Below, in pieces: positions 9,316 through 19,913 of a DNA stretch of 64,000 nucleotides. Source of the DNA: Thermoplasmatota archaeon (GTDB lineage Archaea > Thermoplasmatota > Penumbrarchaeia > Penumbrarchaeales > Penumbrarchaeaceae); assembly GCA_029762535.1 (NCBI GenBank), contig JARVGK010000008.1, positions 1 to 64,000 on the forward strand. The letters run 5' to 3'. The translations under genes and the position numbers were made by a program. The notes beneath the pieces are model-generated. The model searched no databases. It saw only the letters and a list, made by a program, of their open reading frames with translations, and had not been told where the DNA came from. Position 1 is the stretch's first letter. Each line of letters starts with the position of its first letter.

Positions 9316-10322
9316 GGATCATCCAGACGGATAAACTGACCAAGAAATTCAATTCCTTCACTGCCGTAGACAAGGTAACGATGGACGTGGAGGAAGGAGA
9401 GGTCTACGGCCTTCTCGGCCCCAACGGGGCCGGGAAATCGACATTGATCAGGATGCTGACCACCCTCTCGGTCCCTTCGGAAGGGACGGCGAAGGTCGCT
9501 GGATACGATATAAGGAGGGATCCCGACAAGGTCAGGCAGGCGGTGGGGATGGTATCCGAGAAGATGATAATGTACGAGAGGCTCACAGCCTATGAGAACC
9601 TCAGACTGTTCTCAAAACTCTACAATGTTCCCAAGAGAGATATGGAAGAAAGGATAGCGGACCTGTTGAAGATTGTCAATATGACGAAATGGGCCGATAC
9701 TCAGATAGGCAAGTTCTCAACTGGAATGAAGCAGAGGATAAACGTCATCAGGGCCTTGGTGAGCATGCCCAGGATAGTTTTCATGGACGAGCCCACGCTG
9801 GGTCTGGATCCCCAGAGCACGACGGAGATCAGAAAGTTGATCAAAAAGCTCAACGACGAGCAGGGGCTCACGATCGTGCTCACGACCCACATCATGAACG
9901 AGGCGGACGTCCTCTGCGACAGGATCGGGCTCATAGACAAGGGGAATATAGCAGCGGTCGGATCCCCCAACGACCTTAAGTCGATGATCACCGAGAGGGG
10001 AAATACCATCGTGGACCTGGACCTCATCGATCCTCCGGCAAATGCGTGGGAGATGTTCAGGGACCTCAAAATCGTTAAAAGCGCATCCCAGACGGAGAAC
10101 ATGGTCAAAGTCATTGTCTCCAGGGAGGATGCGTTCCAGGAGATCGTAACAGCATCGACAGGTCTTGGTCTGAGGTTGAGGAACGCCAATATCAACCAGC
10201 CTTCTCTGGAGGACGTGTTCCTTCATTTCACCGGCAGGGCTATGGTCGATGAGGTCAAAGGTAAGGTCTCATCCGGCATGAAGCATGGCCCGTTCAGAAG
10301 GTCCGCCGGAAGGGGGAGATGA
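9312..10322 (+). CDS. ABC transporter ATP-binding protein (DrrA-like)
   Basis: Walker A GPNGAGKS, FSTGMKQR, MDEPT, H-loop. Confidence 0.92.
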   Translation: MRIIQTDKLTKKFNSFTAVDKVTMDVEEGEVYGLLGPNGAGKSTLIRMLTTLSVPSEGTAKVAGYDIRRDPDKVRQAVGMVSEKMIMYERLTAYENLRLFSKLYNVPKRDMEERIADLLKIVNMTKWADTQIGKFSTGMKQRINVIRALVSMPRIVFMDEPTLGLDPQSTTEIRKLIKKLNDEQGLTIVLTTHIMNEADVLCDRIGLIDKGNIAAVGSPNDLKSMITERGNTIVDLDLIDPPANAWEMFRDLKIVKSASQTENMVKVIVSREDAFQEIVTASTGLGLRLRNANINQPSLEDVFLHFTGRAMVDEVKGKVSSGMKHGPFRRSAGRGR

Positions 10323-10323
10323 C

Positions 10324-11517
10324 ATGAGCTTTTCCACTGCCATCAGGCATTCCCTGTGGATCGCTCACAAGGATCTTCTGGAGTTCTCCCGTAACCGGAT
10401 CCTCCTCGTGATGCTGTTCGTGTTCCCTCTATTCATGATGGCCATGTTCGGGTACATCTTCCCGTCCGGGAATTCCATAAAGGACATGCCAGTCGCCATC
10501 GTCAATCTTGATGTGGATGACGGATCTCCCGGGAACGAGAGCCTGTTGTTCATCAAGGATTTCGAGGCCATTAACGATCGGGGGGGGTATTTCAAGATAA
10601 GACATGCCGGAACCGAAAAAGAAGCTATGGATGAGATAACAAGGGGCGACCGAAGCGGCGCTGTCATAATTGGGAGGAATTTCACCAGCAAAATCGCATC
10701 TGGCCAACAAGGTGAGGTCACCGTCATGTACGACCAATCCAAACCACAGATCTCCTCTCAGATGATGGCCCTCCTCGACTCCGTGATCGCCAGGATGGGA
10801 ACGGTGAAGGCTGTTTCCACTGTCAATTCAACGACCGGGCTCGACATGAACACATCCGCCGCGATCGTCACACCATACCTCATTCAGAACAAAGGTACGG
10901 TGTCCGGGGATCCCAGCTATTTCCAGTTCCTTGCCCCGGGAATGATGATGATGGTGGTGATGTTCTCCGTTATGCTCGGCCTTCCCCGGGCGATCTCCCA
11001 CGAGAAGGAGGCTGGGACCTTCGACGGGATACTCGCCGCCCCTACCTCAAGGTTCTCGATAATAATGGGAAAGACCATGGCTCAAAGCGTGAGAGGCATC
11101 GTTCAGGGATCCGTCGTTCTCATCTTGGCGATCATCCTCTTCGGTGTGGTGATACACGGGTCGATCCTTCTGGTGTTTGCCCTCTTGCTGTTGGGGATAT
11201 TCTCCTTCATTGGGATCGGTATTGCGATAACGGCCGGGGCCAAGGACGAAGAGACGGCCCAGACCTTCATGATGATCCTGCAGTTCCCGATGATGTTCCT
11301 GTCAGGGATATTCTTCCCGGTGGAGCAGATGCCAGTATTCCTGCAGTATGCCTCGAAAGTCCTGCCGCTGACCTACGCGGCCCAGGCGATGAGAAAGGTC
11401 GTAGTTCTAGGAGCGGGAGTGGATGACATTCTCTTAGAGATCGGGGTCATGACGATCTTCGGGATCGTCATGCTCGCAGTGGCGATCCCGCTGTTCAAGC
11501 GGGCGATGACACGATGA
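10324..11517 (+). CDS. ABC-2 type transporter permease
   Basis: EKEAGTFDGILAAP, FLSGIFFP, PLTYA motifs; multiple TM. Confidence 0.9.
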   Translation: MSFSTAIRHSLWIAHKDLLEFSRNRILLVMLFVFPLFMMAMFGYIFPSGNSIKDMPVAIVNLDVDDGSPGNESLLFIKDFEAINDRGGYFKIRHAGTEKEAMDEITRGDRSGAVIIGRNFTSKIASGQQGEVTVMYDQSKPQISSQMMALLDSVIARMGTVKAVSTVNSTTGLDMNTSAAIVTPYLIQNKGTVSGDPSYFQFLAPGMMMMVVMFSVMLGLPRAISHEKEAGTFDGILAAPTSRFSIIMGKTMAQSVRGIVQGSVVLILAIILFGVVIHGSILLVFALLLLGIFSFIGIGIAITAGAKDEETAQTFMMILQFPMMFLSGIFFPVEQMPVFLQYASKVLPLTYAAQAMRKVVVLGAGVDDILLEIGVMTIFGIVMLAVAIPLFKRAMTR

Positions 11518-11583
11518 TCAGCCATCACAAAGAGTAAAAGGTTTTTTATCATTGAATAGATTTATTGGACATGGTGGACTATT

Positions 11584-14394
11584 ATGAAGTCGCTTATTGG
11601 GATTGTAGGGGTTATTTCATTAATCATTTTTGGTATTATTTGGACATACCCGAATACGGTTCTCCGTTCAGCTGAAGGGGATCATTACTATCGAACCGAG
11701 TCCATCGTTGTTCATTACATATTCAATGATGTAACCGGAGATGTGATCAGAGATATGTCATCGAATTGCAACAACGCAACTATAGTTGACGCGGAATGGG
11801 CAGAAGGGATCCAGGGGTACGGGTTGAAATTCAACGGCAATGGCGCTCATATCAAAGCTCCTGATGCTGCATCTCTTGATATCAGTTCCCAGATAACGAT
11901 CAGTCTCTGGGTAAATGCGTCCTCTTTTTCCGGAAACGGTGCTCAATCCGGCAACTCATTGGTGAGAAAATGGTATTCATCTCCCAATGGCCAATATGCG
12001 ATCGCATCCTATTCGGACGGCGGATTGAAATTCTGGCTGAGTGACGGCAATGTCGTCAATTATCTGGATGTCGGACCGGTATTGACAACCGGAATATGGC
12101 ACCAAATTTCGGGAACCTGGAACGGTTCGACAATGGCCCTCTATGTCGATGGCAGGGAGGTAGGAAGTCGGGATACTACCATCGGATCATTGAAAGCGGA
12201 CGAATATTCTAACGATGACCTGTACGTGGGAGGTGACGGAGTTGTCGGCAGCCCGTGGGATTTTTCCGGGGTCATCGATGAAGTCATGATCAGAGATGTA
12301 TGCTTTTCCCCGGAGGAGATAAACAGCAGTTATCATGAAGTTTGGCCAATAAGACTATCACGTCTAAACGATACATATGAAATTGATCAGGGATCATCCT
12401 TTAAACTCGCCCTGGTGAACCTGGGCTCTTCATCGGAACCGATCTGGACCGTTAATACCACGAGGAAATGGCTCGATTTCGATGTTGGAACAACAACACT
12501 ATCGGGAACACCGGATAATGGGGATGTCGGTTTCACGAGGGTAACTGTAAAGGTCAGTGACGGCAACATCTATTCAGAAAGATGCTCATTCACGATCATC
12601 GTGAACAACCTCCCGCCAAAGATCATCACCGAGGATGTGAAGACGGTCTTTCAGGATGAATACTATCACGTGGATTATGACTCTGACGAAGAAGGAGAGC
12701 CGAAATTCACCTGGATATTCACTTCCGATGCCCGGTGGTTGAGTTTCAATTATACTTCAGGGGTTCTCAATGGGACTCCCACAAATGACGACGTTGGAAC
12801 TTACGATATCTTGATAAAATGTGATGATAGGAACGGAGGTACGGATTCCCGTTCCTTCGAACTTCAAGTGATCAACGTCAACGATCCCCCAAAGATCATC
12901 ACCGAGGATCTGACGATGATATACCAGGATGTGAATTATAAAAGGACATATCAGGCGGTCGATCCGGACCCTGGCGACACACTGCGTTGGAGTATGACCA
13001 CCAACGCATCATGGTTGAAACTCTCAGGAAGCACGATCGAAGGCCGACCTTCAAAATTCGATATCGGAATATACTCGGTCAATATATCCGTGATGGACCA
13101 ATGGAATCTATCTGATCATCGTCTATTCGATCTCGTTGTCGTTAACGTGAACGACCCACCGGAATTCATCTCTGTTCCGGCAGACGTCGTTTTGAATTCC
13201 GGGGATTCGTATACTTTTGACGTGGTCGCACATGATTTTGATCCGGATGATACGGTGACGTACAGTATCCGCTCAAATCCCTCGTCGGATATCAGAATAG
13301 ATGACCGAACAGGAACCATCACATGGACAGCAAATACGAATTTTTTTCAAAGTAAACCTTACATCATGATGATCGTGGTTTCCGCTTCCGATGGAGAGGA
13401 ATCCACGAATCATCAATTCAAGATAACAGTGAATGATACTTTAACCAAAGATAATACGGTCGATCTTATCTCACCTCGGAATGATAGGGTCATTCCATCC
13501 CGCAAATCCATACTGGCGTGGTCCTTCCATGGCGGAGAGGATCACAATATCTCATATGACATCTACATGCACCAGACCCTGGTCTATCTATTATCCTTGA
13601 ACGAGGAGGCACTGTATCTCTCAGGATACAACGGCACCTCTCTCGAGATAACGAATATGGAATTGGGAAAGAAGTACTTCTGGACCATCATACCGCTGGA
13701 CGGTAAGCATGAAGGGATATGTAATGATGGTGTATGGTGTTTCACCATCAACAATCCGCCTACCTTCGTCGATATCGATATTGAACCGGCCTATACAGGG
13801 AAAAAAATGCAGATGAGGATGCAGGCCAGGGATAAGGATCCGAATGACGTTTCAAAATTATTCTATACTTTGGAAAAAGCACCGCAAGGTATGACTTTAG
13901 GTAACCGGACGGGATCCCTGAGTTGGACTCCAACGAAGGATCAAGTAGGAATACATGATGTTGGGGTGAACGTCAGTGATGGTGTAGAGGAGTCCAGTTA
14001 TTATTTCATTATCGAGGTGCTCTCCTCCCAGGAGAGCGGAACTAACGACCCCCTTATACTGGCCATAGTTGTCGGTATTATCGTATTCATCATTGTTGCT
14101 ATGGCGATGGGATTCATTATGCTGAGAAAAAGAGGTCCGAAGGACGATGTCATGGAGGAGGAGACGATCATAGGCTCCTCCGGGGAAGAAGAGGAATCAA
14201 CCAAGGTAGATTGCGCGGTCGCGACCACTCTTGGCGAAGCTCATGCCAACCTCGGGGAACAAAAGGTGAGGTCATATTCGGATCTTTACGGGGAACCGTC
14301 ACCAGAAGAGGAGGAAGTATCGACATTGAGCGAATTGAAGGATTTTATCAATGAAGGAATAAAAGAGATCGAGGAAGGAAAATCTGAAATTTGA
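11584..14394 (+). CDS. Surface protein: LamG-like domain + cadherin/He_PIG Ig-like repeats + C-terminal TM and acidic tail
   Basis: WHQISGTWNGSTMALYVDG, FSGVIDEV; repeated SGTPxNxDVG / NVNDPP motifs. Confidence 0.85.
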   Translation: MKSLIGIVGVISLIIFGIIWTYPNTVLRSAEGDHYYRTESIVVHYIFNDVTGDVIRDMSSNCNNATIVDAEWAEGIQGYGLKFNGNGAHIKAPDAASLDISSQITISLWVNASSFSGNGAQSGNSLVRKWYSSPNGQYAIASYSDGGLKFWLSDGNVVNYLDVGPVLTTGIWHQISGTWNGSTMALYVDGREVGSRDTTIGSLKADEYSNDDLYVGGDGVVGSPWDFSGVIDEVMIRDVCFSPEEINSSYHEVWPIRLSRLNDTYEIDQGSSFKLALVNLGSSSEPIWTVNTTRKWLDFDVGTTTLSGTPDNGDVGFTRVTVKVSDGNIYSERCSFTIIVNNLPPKIITEDVKTVFQDEYYHVDYDSDEEGEPKFTWIFTSDARWLSFNYTSGVLNGTPTNDDVGTYDILIKCDDRNGGTDSRSFELQVINVNDPPKIITEDLTMIYQDVNYKRTYQAVDPDPGDTLRWSMTTNASWLKLSGSTIEGRPSKFDIGIYSVNISVMDQWNLSDHRLFDLVVVNVNDPPEFISVPADVVLNSGDSYTFDVVAHDFDPDDTVTYSIRSNPSSDIRIDDRTGTITWTANTNFFQSKPYIMMIVVSASDGEESTNHQFKITVNDTLTKDNTVDLISPRNDRVIPSRKSILAWSFHGGEDHNISYDIYMHQTLVYLLSLNEEALYLSGYNGTSLEITNMELGKKYFWTIIPLDGKHEGICNDGVWCFTINNPPTFVDIDIEPAYTGKKMQMRMQARDKDPNDVSKLFYTLEKAPQGMTLGNRTGSLSWTPTKDQVGIHDVGVNVSDGVEESSYYFIIEVLSSQESGTNDPLILAIVVGIIVFIIVAMAMGFIMLRKRGPKDDVMEEETIIGSSGEEEESTKVDCAVATTLGEAHANLGEQKVRSYSDLYGEPSPEEEEVSTLSELKDFINEGIKEIEEGKSEI

Positions 14395-14405
14395 ACAAAA
14401 AACCT

Positions 14406-16487
14406 CTATCCTCCAGAGCCTCTTAATACCATCTTGAATGATTCCAGATCCCTCGCCGGAACGGAGCAACTTCCCCCGCTGCACAGGTATGCGGTGGGGA
14501 TCCCATCAATTGGGACATTGTCCCTGAGATCCCTGACGATCCCGTCGAGAAGCGATCCATCATTGAGGATCAGAGAGTGGTTCGGGAAATAGATGGAGTT
14601 CACCATCTCCACCATGGCCCGGGTCTTGGGATCCTCCCTCGATCCCGCGATCACGATCTCCTTTGACGGGCCTACGGCCATGTCGAGGGCGCAGAGCAGA
14701 TATGCGAAGGACGAAGGCGATCTCCCGATCTCCTCGGAGAATGCCCTCCCCGTCATCCTAGCGATCCCCTCGAGGGAGTGGTCCCCAGTCATCCTAGCGA
14801 TCCTGACCAGGTTCAGCATCTGCACGGAATTTCCGGAAGGGATAGCCCCATCGTAAGCCTCCTTGTTCCTCATCATCAGGGCCTCATGGCCCGGAGATAT
14901 CTGAAAGAAACCGCCCCTATCTTCGTCCTGGAACCTCTCGATCGTTAACCGGTTCAGGGATAGTGCCTCTTTCAGATGTTCCTCCTTCAACGTCGCCTCG
15001 TATAGGTCCAGTAGGGCCTGGACCATGAACGAGTGGTCCTCGAGGAAGCCGTCGATCGTCGATTCAACATCTCTGTATCTATGGAACAGGGTTCCGTCAT
15101 CCTTCCTCATCCTGCCAAGTATGAAGGATGCGGCCCTCTCGGCCCTCTCGGCATACGACGGCTCCTTCAATGACCTGGAGGCCCTGGCAAGGGCCGATAT
15201 CATAAGCGCGTTCCAATCGGTCAGGACCTTGTCGTCCTTCTGGGGGCGGATCCTTCGATCTCTGACCTTTCTCAACTTAATTAGGACATCCTCGATCAAA
15301 GGGGGATCCCCCCCGCCTGAAAGCGAATCGGCTGGGATCCCTCTCTTAAGGAAAAGGATGTTGCCCCCGGTCCTGACACCCGTAGCCTCATCCTTGAAAT
15401 TTCCTTCGGAGCGAAGGTCGTATGTCCGATCGAGCGTTCTGAACTCATCCTTGTCAAGGACCGATCCCAATTCATCATAAGACCAGACGTAGAACTTACC
15501 CTCCTCGCCCTCGGAATCGGCATCCTCGGCAGAATGAAAACCGCCTTCAGGATCGGATAGATCCCTCATGACGTATTCCAGCGTTGACCTCAACGTTCTG
15601 GAATATCGTGCCTCGTTCGTCGCCAGATACGCCTCCGACAGCAGTATGGACATCATGGCCTGATCGTAGAGCATCTTCTCGAAGTGCGGCACCCTCCATC
15701 CTCTATCGGTGGAATACCTGTGGAACCCGCCTCCGATGTGATCGTGTATGCCTCCGGATATCATGGCATCCAGAGTGCCCTTGACCATGTCGAGGGCCTC
15801 CGCATCGCCTGTCCTCTTCCAGTAACGGAGCATCAACATGCCCTGATGAGGGGAAGGGAACTTCGGGGAATTACCAAAGCCTCCATTATCTCTGTCATAT
15901 GCCATCTTTAGCCTGGTTACTGCCTTCCCGATATGGGACCTGTGCAGGTCCTCCCCCTCCCCCTCTTGGCTGAAGGAGGACAATGTCCTTCCGATCTCGG
16001 ATGCCGCGGAAAAGGCGTCATCCCTGCGATCCCTCCAGAGTTCGCTCACCTCTCGTATCAGGTCCAGAAGGCCCATCATCCCCCATCTACTGGACTTGGG
16101 TATATATGTCCCCAAAAAGAAAGGCTCCTTCTCGGGGGTCATGATGACGGTCAGCGGCCATCCTCCCTTCCCCGTCGCCAGCTGACATGCCTTCATGTAG
16201 ACCGCATCAATATCCGGTCTCTCCTCCCTGTCGACCTTGATCGAGACGAAGGACCGGTTCATGGCCTCCGCGACCTCCGGGTCCTCAAAGGATTCTCTCT
16301 CCATAACGTGGCACCAATGGCAGGTGGAATACCCTATGGACAGGAATATCGGCCTGTCCATCTCCCTGGCCCTTTCGAAGGCCTCTTCGGACCATGGATA
16401 CCAATCCACGGGGTTCCTTGAATGCTGGAGTAGATACGGGCTCTTCTCATTAACGAGCCTGTTGACATATTCTCTATTATCTTTCAT
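14406..16487 (-). CDS. yyaL: Thioredoxin-domain protein YyaL/SPATA20 family (DUF255)
   Basis: NRLxxExSPYLLQH, [26 protein letters not shown]. Confidence 0.92.
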   Translation of the reverse strand: MKDNREYVNRLVNEKSPYLLQHSRNPVDWYPWSEEAFERAREMDRPIFLSIGYSTCHWCHVMERESFEDPEVAEAMNRSFVSIKVDREERPDIDAVYMKACQLATGKGGWPLTVIMTPEKEPFFLGTYIPKSSRWGMMGLLDLIREVSELWRDRRDDAFSAASEIGRTLSSFSQEGEGEDLHRSHIGKAVTRLKMAYDRDNGGFGNSPKFPSPHQGMLMLRYWKRTGDAEALDMVKGTLDAMISGGIHDHIGGGFHRYSTDRGWRVPHFEKMLYDQAMMSILLSEAYLATNEARYSRTLRSTLEYVMRDLSDPEGGFHSAEDADSEGEEGKFYVWSYDELGSVLDKDEFRTLDRTYDLRSEGNFKDEATGVRTGGNILFLKRGIPADSLSGGGDPPLIEDVLIKLRKVRDRRIRPQKDDKVLTDWNALMISALARASRSLKEPSYAERAERAASFILGRMRKDDGTLFHRYRDVESTIDGFLEDHSFMVQALLDLYEATLKEEHLKEALSLNRLTIERFQDEDRGGFFQISPGHEALMMRNKEAYDGAIPSGNSVQMLNLVRIARMTGDHSLEGIARMTGRAFSEEIGRSPSSFAYLLCALDMAVGPSKEIVIAGSREDPKTRAMVEMVNSIYFPNHSLILNDGSLLDGIVRDLRDNVPIDGIPTAYLCSGGSCSVPARDLESFKMVLRGSGG

Positions 16488-16552
16488 GACACCATTGATT
16501 TTGATATTATATCCTATAATACAATTGACCCCTAAATGGTTCCATTTCGATC

Positions 16553-17287
16553 CTAAAGGACGTTGTGCCCCCTCTGTATTATGCGCTCGTTGATACGCCG
16601 TCCGCTGACGAAAACGGCCTCGGAACCATCGATCGCCTCCAACGTATAATCGGCATTGTCCGCCAGTATGACGCCTTTTCCACCTTCCACATCAAGACCA
16701 GAAAGGTCCAGATGTCCGTCGGAGAGGTAGACGAAGGAGTTGAAGCCCTCCTCGATGGAGATCTCGAATCCCGATCCCTTCGTCATCGTCAAGTGCTGCA
16801 TCCTTACAGGGGTGATGGAAGGGAGCGCGGTTCCCTCTCCGAGAACGGTCGATATCATTACGCCATCCTTGAAACTCCTCTCTATCCTCTCAGGGGACGC
16901 CTGCTGATAGTTCGGCGCCATACCCTTGTTGGCCCTGGGCAGGTTGATCCAGAGCAGATAACCTCTGGTCATCGCCTCCGACCTTGGCTCCTCGAGATGC
17001 TCGAAACCCAGACCCGTCAGGAACCTTCTTGCCCCTCCCGCGACGATGGTGCCCTCGTTCCCCAGGCTGTCCCTGTAGTAGGTGGATCCCTCGATTAGGT
17101 ACTGGATGCCCTCGAACCCGGTATGGGGGTGCATGGGGAACCTGGCCCCGGGCTCGATCATATACTCATCGAAAAGGACGAACGGGTCCAGATGTCCAAT
17201 GCCCTCCCCGGGAAAGAGCCTCCTCGCGACCGCTCCTATTCCTTCCTCCACTGTCGACGGCTCTATCACTTTGACCAGACGGCTCAT
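16553..17287 (-). CDS. Pirin family protein
   Basis: [29 protein letters not shown]. Confidence 0.9.
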   Translation of the reverse strand: MSRLVKVIEPSTVEEGIGAVARRLFPGEGIGHLDPFVLFDEYMIEPGARFPMHPHTGFEGIQYLIEGSTYYRDSLGNEGTIVAGGARRFLTGLGFEHLEEPRSEAMTRGYLLWINLPRANKGMAPNYQQASPERIERSFKDGVMISTVLGEGTALPSITPVRMQHLTMTKGSGFEISIEEGFNSFVYLSDGHLDLSGLDVEGGKGVILADNADYTLEAIDGSEAVFVSGRRINERIIQRGHNVL

Positions 17288-17337
17288 GATTACCCGAAGT
17301 TACACCCTCCCTATAACGATGATGATTGGATCTCCGT

Positions 17338-18747
17338 CTAGAACTTCTTCCTGACCATCGTTCCCCAGGACCTCTTCCTCTTCATCAGGTCGATCAGGCC
17401 CCTCAGCCTCCAGTAGGTTATGAGCTGCCTGAATCCAAGGTTCTCCACCACCGCAAGGGCTATCATCCGCGTGATGTCGTTCTCGTCGATGTACTTCTTC
17501 ACACTGATCTCCTCGAGTATCAGGGCGAACATGGACAGTATTATCCCCAATACCACAGCGAGGAACAGGAACACCAGAAAGAAACCTATGTTTATCCATC
17601 CCATCAGGACCGATACTATTACCATGAAGTATCCGAAGACCTCAAAGAGCGGCCCGATCCCCTCGAAAATGAGGAAGAACGGATAGGAGAGCATGCCAGC
17701 GGCGCCGTATCGAGGGTTAAAGGCCATCTCCCTGTTCATGAGCAGGCTCTCGATGAGCCCCCTCTGCCACCTGTTACGCTGCCTGCTGAGGATCTTGAGC
17801 TCGTCCGGCGCCTGCGTCCAGCAAACAGGGTCCGGGACGAAAATGATCTTGTACGGCCGCTTCTTCTTTCTCATGTAGCGGTGCATCCTGACCACTAGCT
17901 CCATGTCCTCGCCCACGGTCTTGTGATTGTAACCACCGGCCTCGATCACTATTCTGCGGTCGAAGAGGCCGAACGCTCCGGATATTATCAACAGGGCGTT
18001 GATGAGGTTGAACCCCGACCTGCCACAGAGAAATGCCCGTATATACTCCACCACCTGGAGCGCAGGCAGCATCTTCCTGGGCATCCTTATCTCCGTTACC
18101 TCCCCGTCCTTTATCGTGCAGCCGTTCGCTATCCTTATCATGCCGCCGAGGGCGATGACCTCCTTACCCTCGGTCAGATATTCCTCCACCATCCTCTGCA
18201 ATGCGTTCTTCTCGAGGAGCGAATCAGCGTCTATAGCACATACCAACTTTGATCGTGAGAAGTTGATGCCCACGTTCAAGGCGTCGGCCTTTCCACCGTT
18301 CTCCTTGTCAACGACCAGAAGGTTCGTATGGGTCCTGGAGCGATAGACGTCCCTGATCTCCTTTGTCTCCAGGCGCCCGGAGGGCTTCCGCTTCGCCAGT
18401 TTGAGCTTGAATCCCTTTTTCAGGGCGTCGAGGGTCCCGTCCTTGGACCCGTCGTTTATCACGATTATCTCGAGCTTCGGATAGTCGACCTTCAACAGGG
18501 AATTCACGCTCTCGACTATGGTCACCTCCTCGTTGTATGCCGGGGAGAGTATGGACACGCTCGGCAGGATGGGGGATCCCTTGACGTTCCTGTGCCGGCT
18601 CATGCGCCTCTTCCTGAAGTTGATGAGCTGTATGGTCGAAAGCGCCGACAGGAAAATATAATACAGGTTCAGGCACAGGAAATAGAATAGTATCATCAGG
18701 TTGAAGACGAAGAGAACAAGTTCCAGGTAGTGCCAGAAGCTTGCCAT
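17338..18747 (-). CDS. GT2 processive glycosyltransferase (PgaC/IcaA-like)
   Basis: PAYNEE, NDGSKD, GGKADALN, IDADS, GEDME, QRNRW; flanking TM helices. Confidence 0.9.
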   Translation of the reverse strand: MASFWHYLELVLFVFNLMILFYFLCLNLYYIFLSALSTIQLINFRKRRMSRHRNVKGSPILPSVSILSPAYNEEVTIVESVNSLLKVDYPKLEIIVINDGSKDGTLDALKKGFKLKLAKRKPSGRLETKEIRDVYRSRTHTNLLVVDKENGGKADALNVGINFSRSKLVCAIDADSLLEKNALQRMVEEYLTEGKEVIALGGMIRIANGCTIKDGEVTEIRMPRKMLPALQVVEYIRAFLCGRSGFNLINALLIISGAFGLFDRRIVIEAGGYNHKTVGEDMELVVRMHRYMRKKKRPYKIIFVPDPVCWTQAPDELKILSRQRNRWQRGLIESLLMNREMAFNPRYGAAGMLSYPFFLIFEGIGPLFEVFGYFMVIVSVLMGWINIGFFLVFLFLAVVLGIILSMFALILEEISVKKYIDENDITRMIALAVVENLGFRQLITYWRLRGLIDLMKRKRSWGTMVRKKF

Positions 18748-18768
18748 CCGCACTACCCCTTCATGAGA

Positions 18769-19803
18769 TCAACCCATTATACTATCGCTGTCCCAGCATT
18801 CGGGCCCCATCGTGTTGCCTAATGAGATATCATCGACGATCGATGGCGACTCCAGAGGCTGGTCCCATATCGAAGAACGATGCTTTCGGACCGGTACGTT
18901 CTCCATTGACTCCTCGACGGCGTCCCCGACGATCTCGTCCGTATCCCATACCATATCCTCCAGCACCTTCGCCGCGGACGGAGTGCCTATCCTCGAAAGT
19001 GACTTGGCCGCATGCGCCCTTACATTAGCATCAGGATCCCTTGAAAGCGGCCTGAGCAACCGGGCACCCCTGTTTAGCCCTTTCCTCCCTACAAGGATCG
19101 CGGCTGCCATCCTGCAACGGGCATCGGCCGACCCGGCCAGCTCCTGGATGTGCTTCATATCGATATCCGATCCGAGCAGCTCGTACATCAGCTCCCTGAA
19201 ATGAGAATCCGTGCAGGACGATATCAACTCTGGGAGCCTGGTGGAGAGGAACCTGCTGTGGATGGAGGTCAGATATGATATGCAGGATATCACGAGATCG
19301 TTATTGTCGTCATCCAGCAGATCGACGGCATGGTCCTCGGCATCGTTTAGCTCTAGCCTCGACAGCCTTCCGAGGGCAATGGCCTTCTCCCATGCGCTGC
19401 CGTTCTCGATTATAGCCATGTCATCGATGACATACCCGATCTCCCTGTAGAGGAGCCTCAGCCTTCTCCTGTCCGATTCGCTCAGGCTCTTCTCTATGAC
19501 GATCTCCGGGTTCGAAGGGTCCTGGGAGGATCCGCTGTATAGAGCGATAAGGAGGTCCCTGAAAAGGGTCCTCTCCCGATCGTCCAGCTCGATGATGCCG
19601 GCCCTCTTTCCTCTGCGCAGGTAGGAATCTATGTAACGGGACCATGAAGGCATAGCCTTTTTCAGGCTCCTCGACCTCTTGTATTTGCTCACGGTGATCG
19701 TGGAATATATCAGAAGCTGCAGGAACAGGAACACGACAGCGCCGGCTATCAGGTATGCTACCAGCTGATAGAGCATCTGCTCGAAACCGTGTCCTACCTG
19801 CAC
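18769..19803 (-). CDS. Membrane-anchored HEAT-repeat protein
   Basis: N-terminal TM; D.DA.VRAHAAKSL.RIG-type repeats; directly upstream of the GT2. Confidence 0.75.
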   Translation of the reverse strand: MQVGHGFEQMLYQLVAYLIAGAVVFLFLQLLIYSTITVSKYKRSRSLKKAMPSWSRYIDSYLRRGKRAGIIELDDRERTLFRDLLIALYSGSSQDPSNPEIVIEKSLSESDRRRLRLLYREIGYVIDDMAIIENGSAWEKAIALGRLSRLELNDAEDHAVDLLDDDNNDLVISCISYLTSIHSRFLSTRLPELISSCTDSHFRELMYELLGSDIDMKHIQELAGSADARCRMAAAILVGRKGLNRGARLLRPLSRDPDANVRAHAAKSLSRIGTPSAAKVLEDMVWDTDEIVGDAVEESMENVPVRKHRSSIWDQPLESPSIVDDISLGNTMGPECWDSDSIMG

Positions 19804-19913
19804 GAAGGCCTCAAGGCCGATGATTTCGTATTTAATGTTTCCTTATTATTCTCCCTGCCAGAGAATCATATTCGGTGACGATGAACCGATTAGTATCGAT
19901 ACCGTCTATAAGA

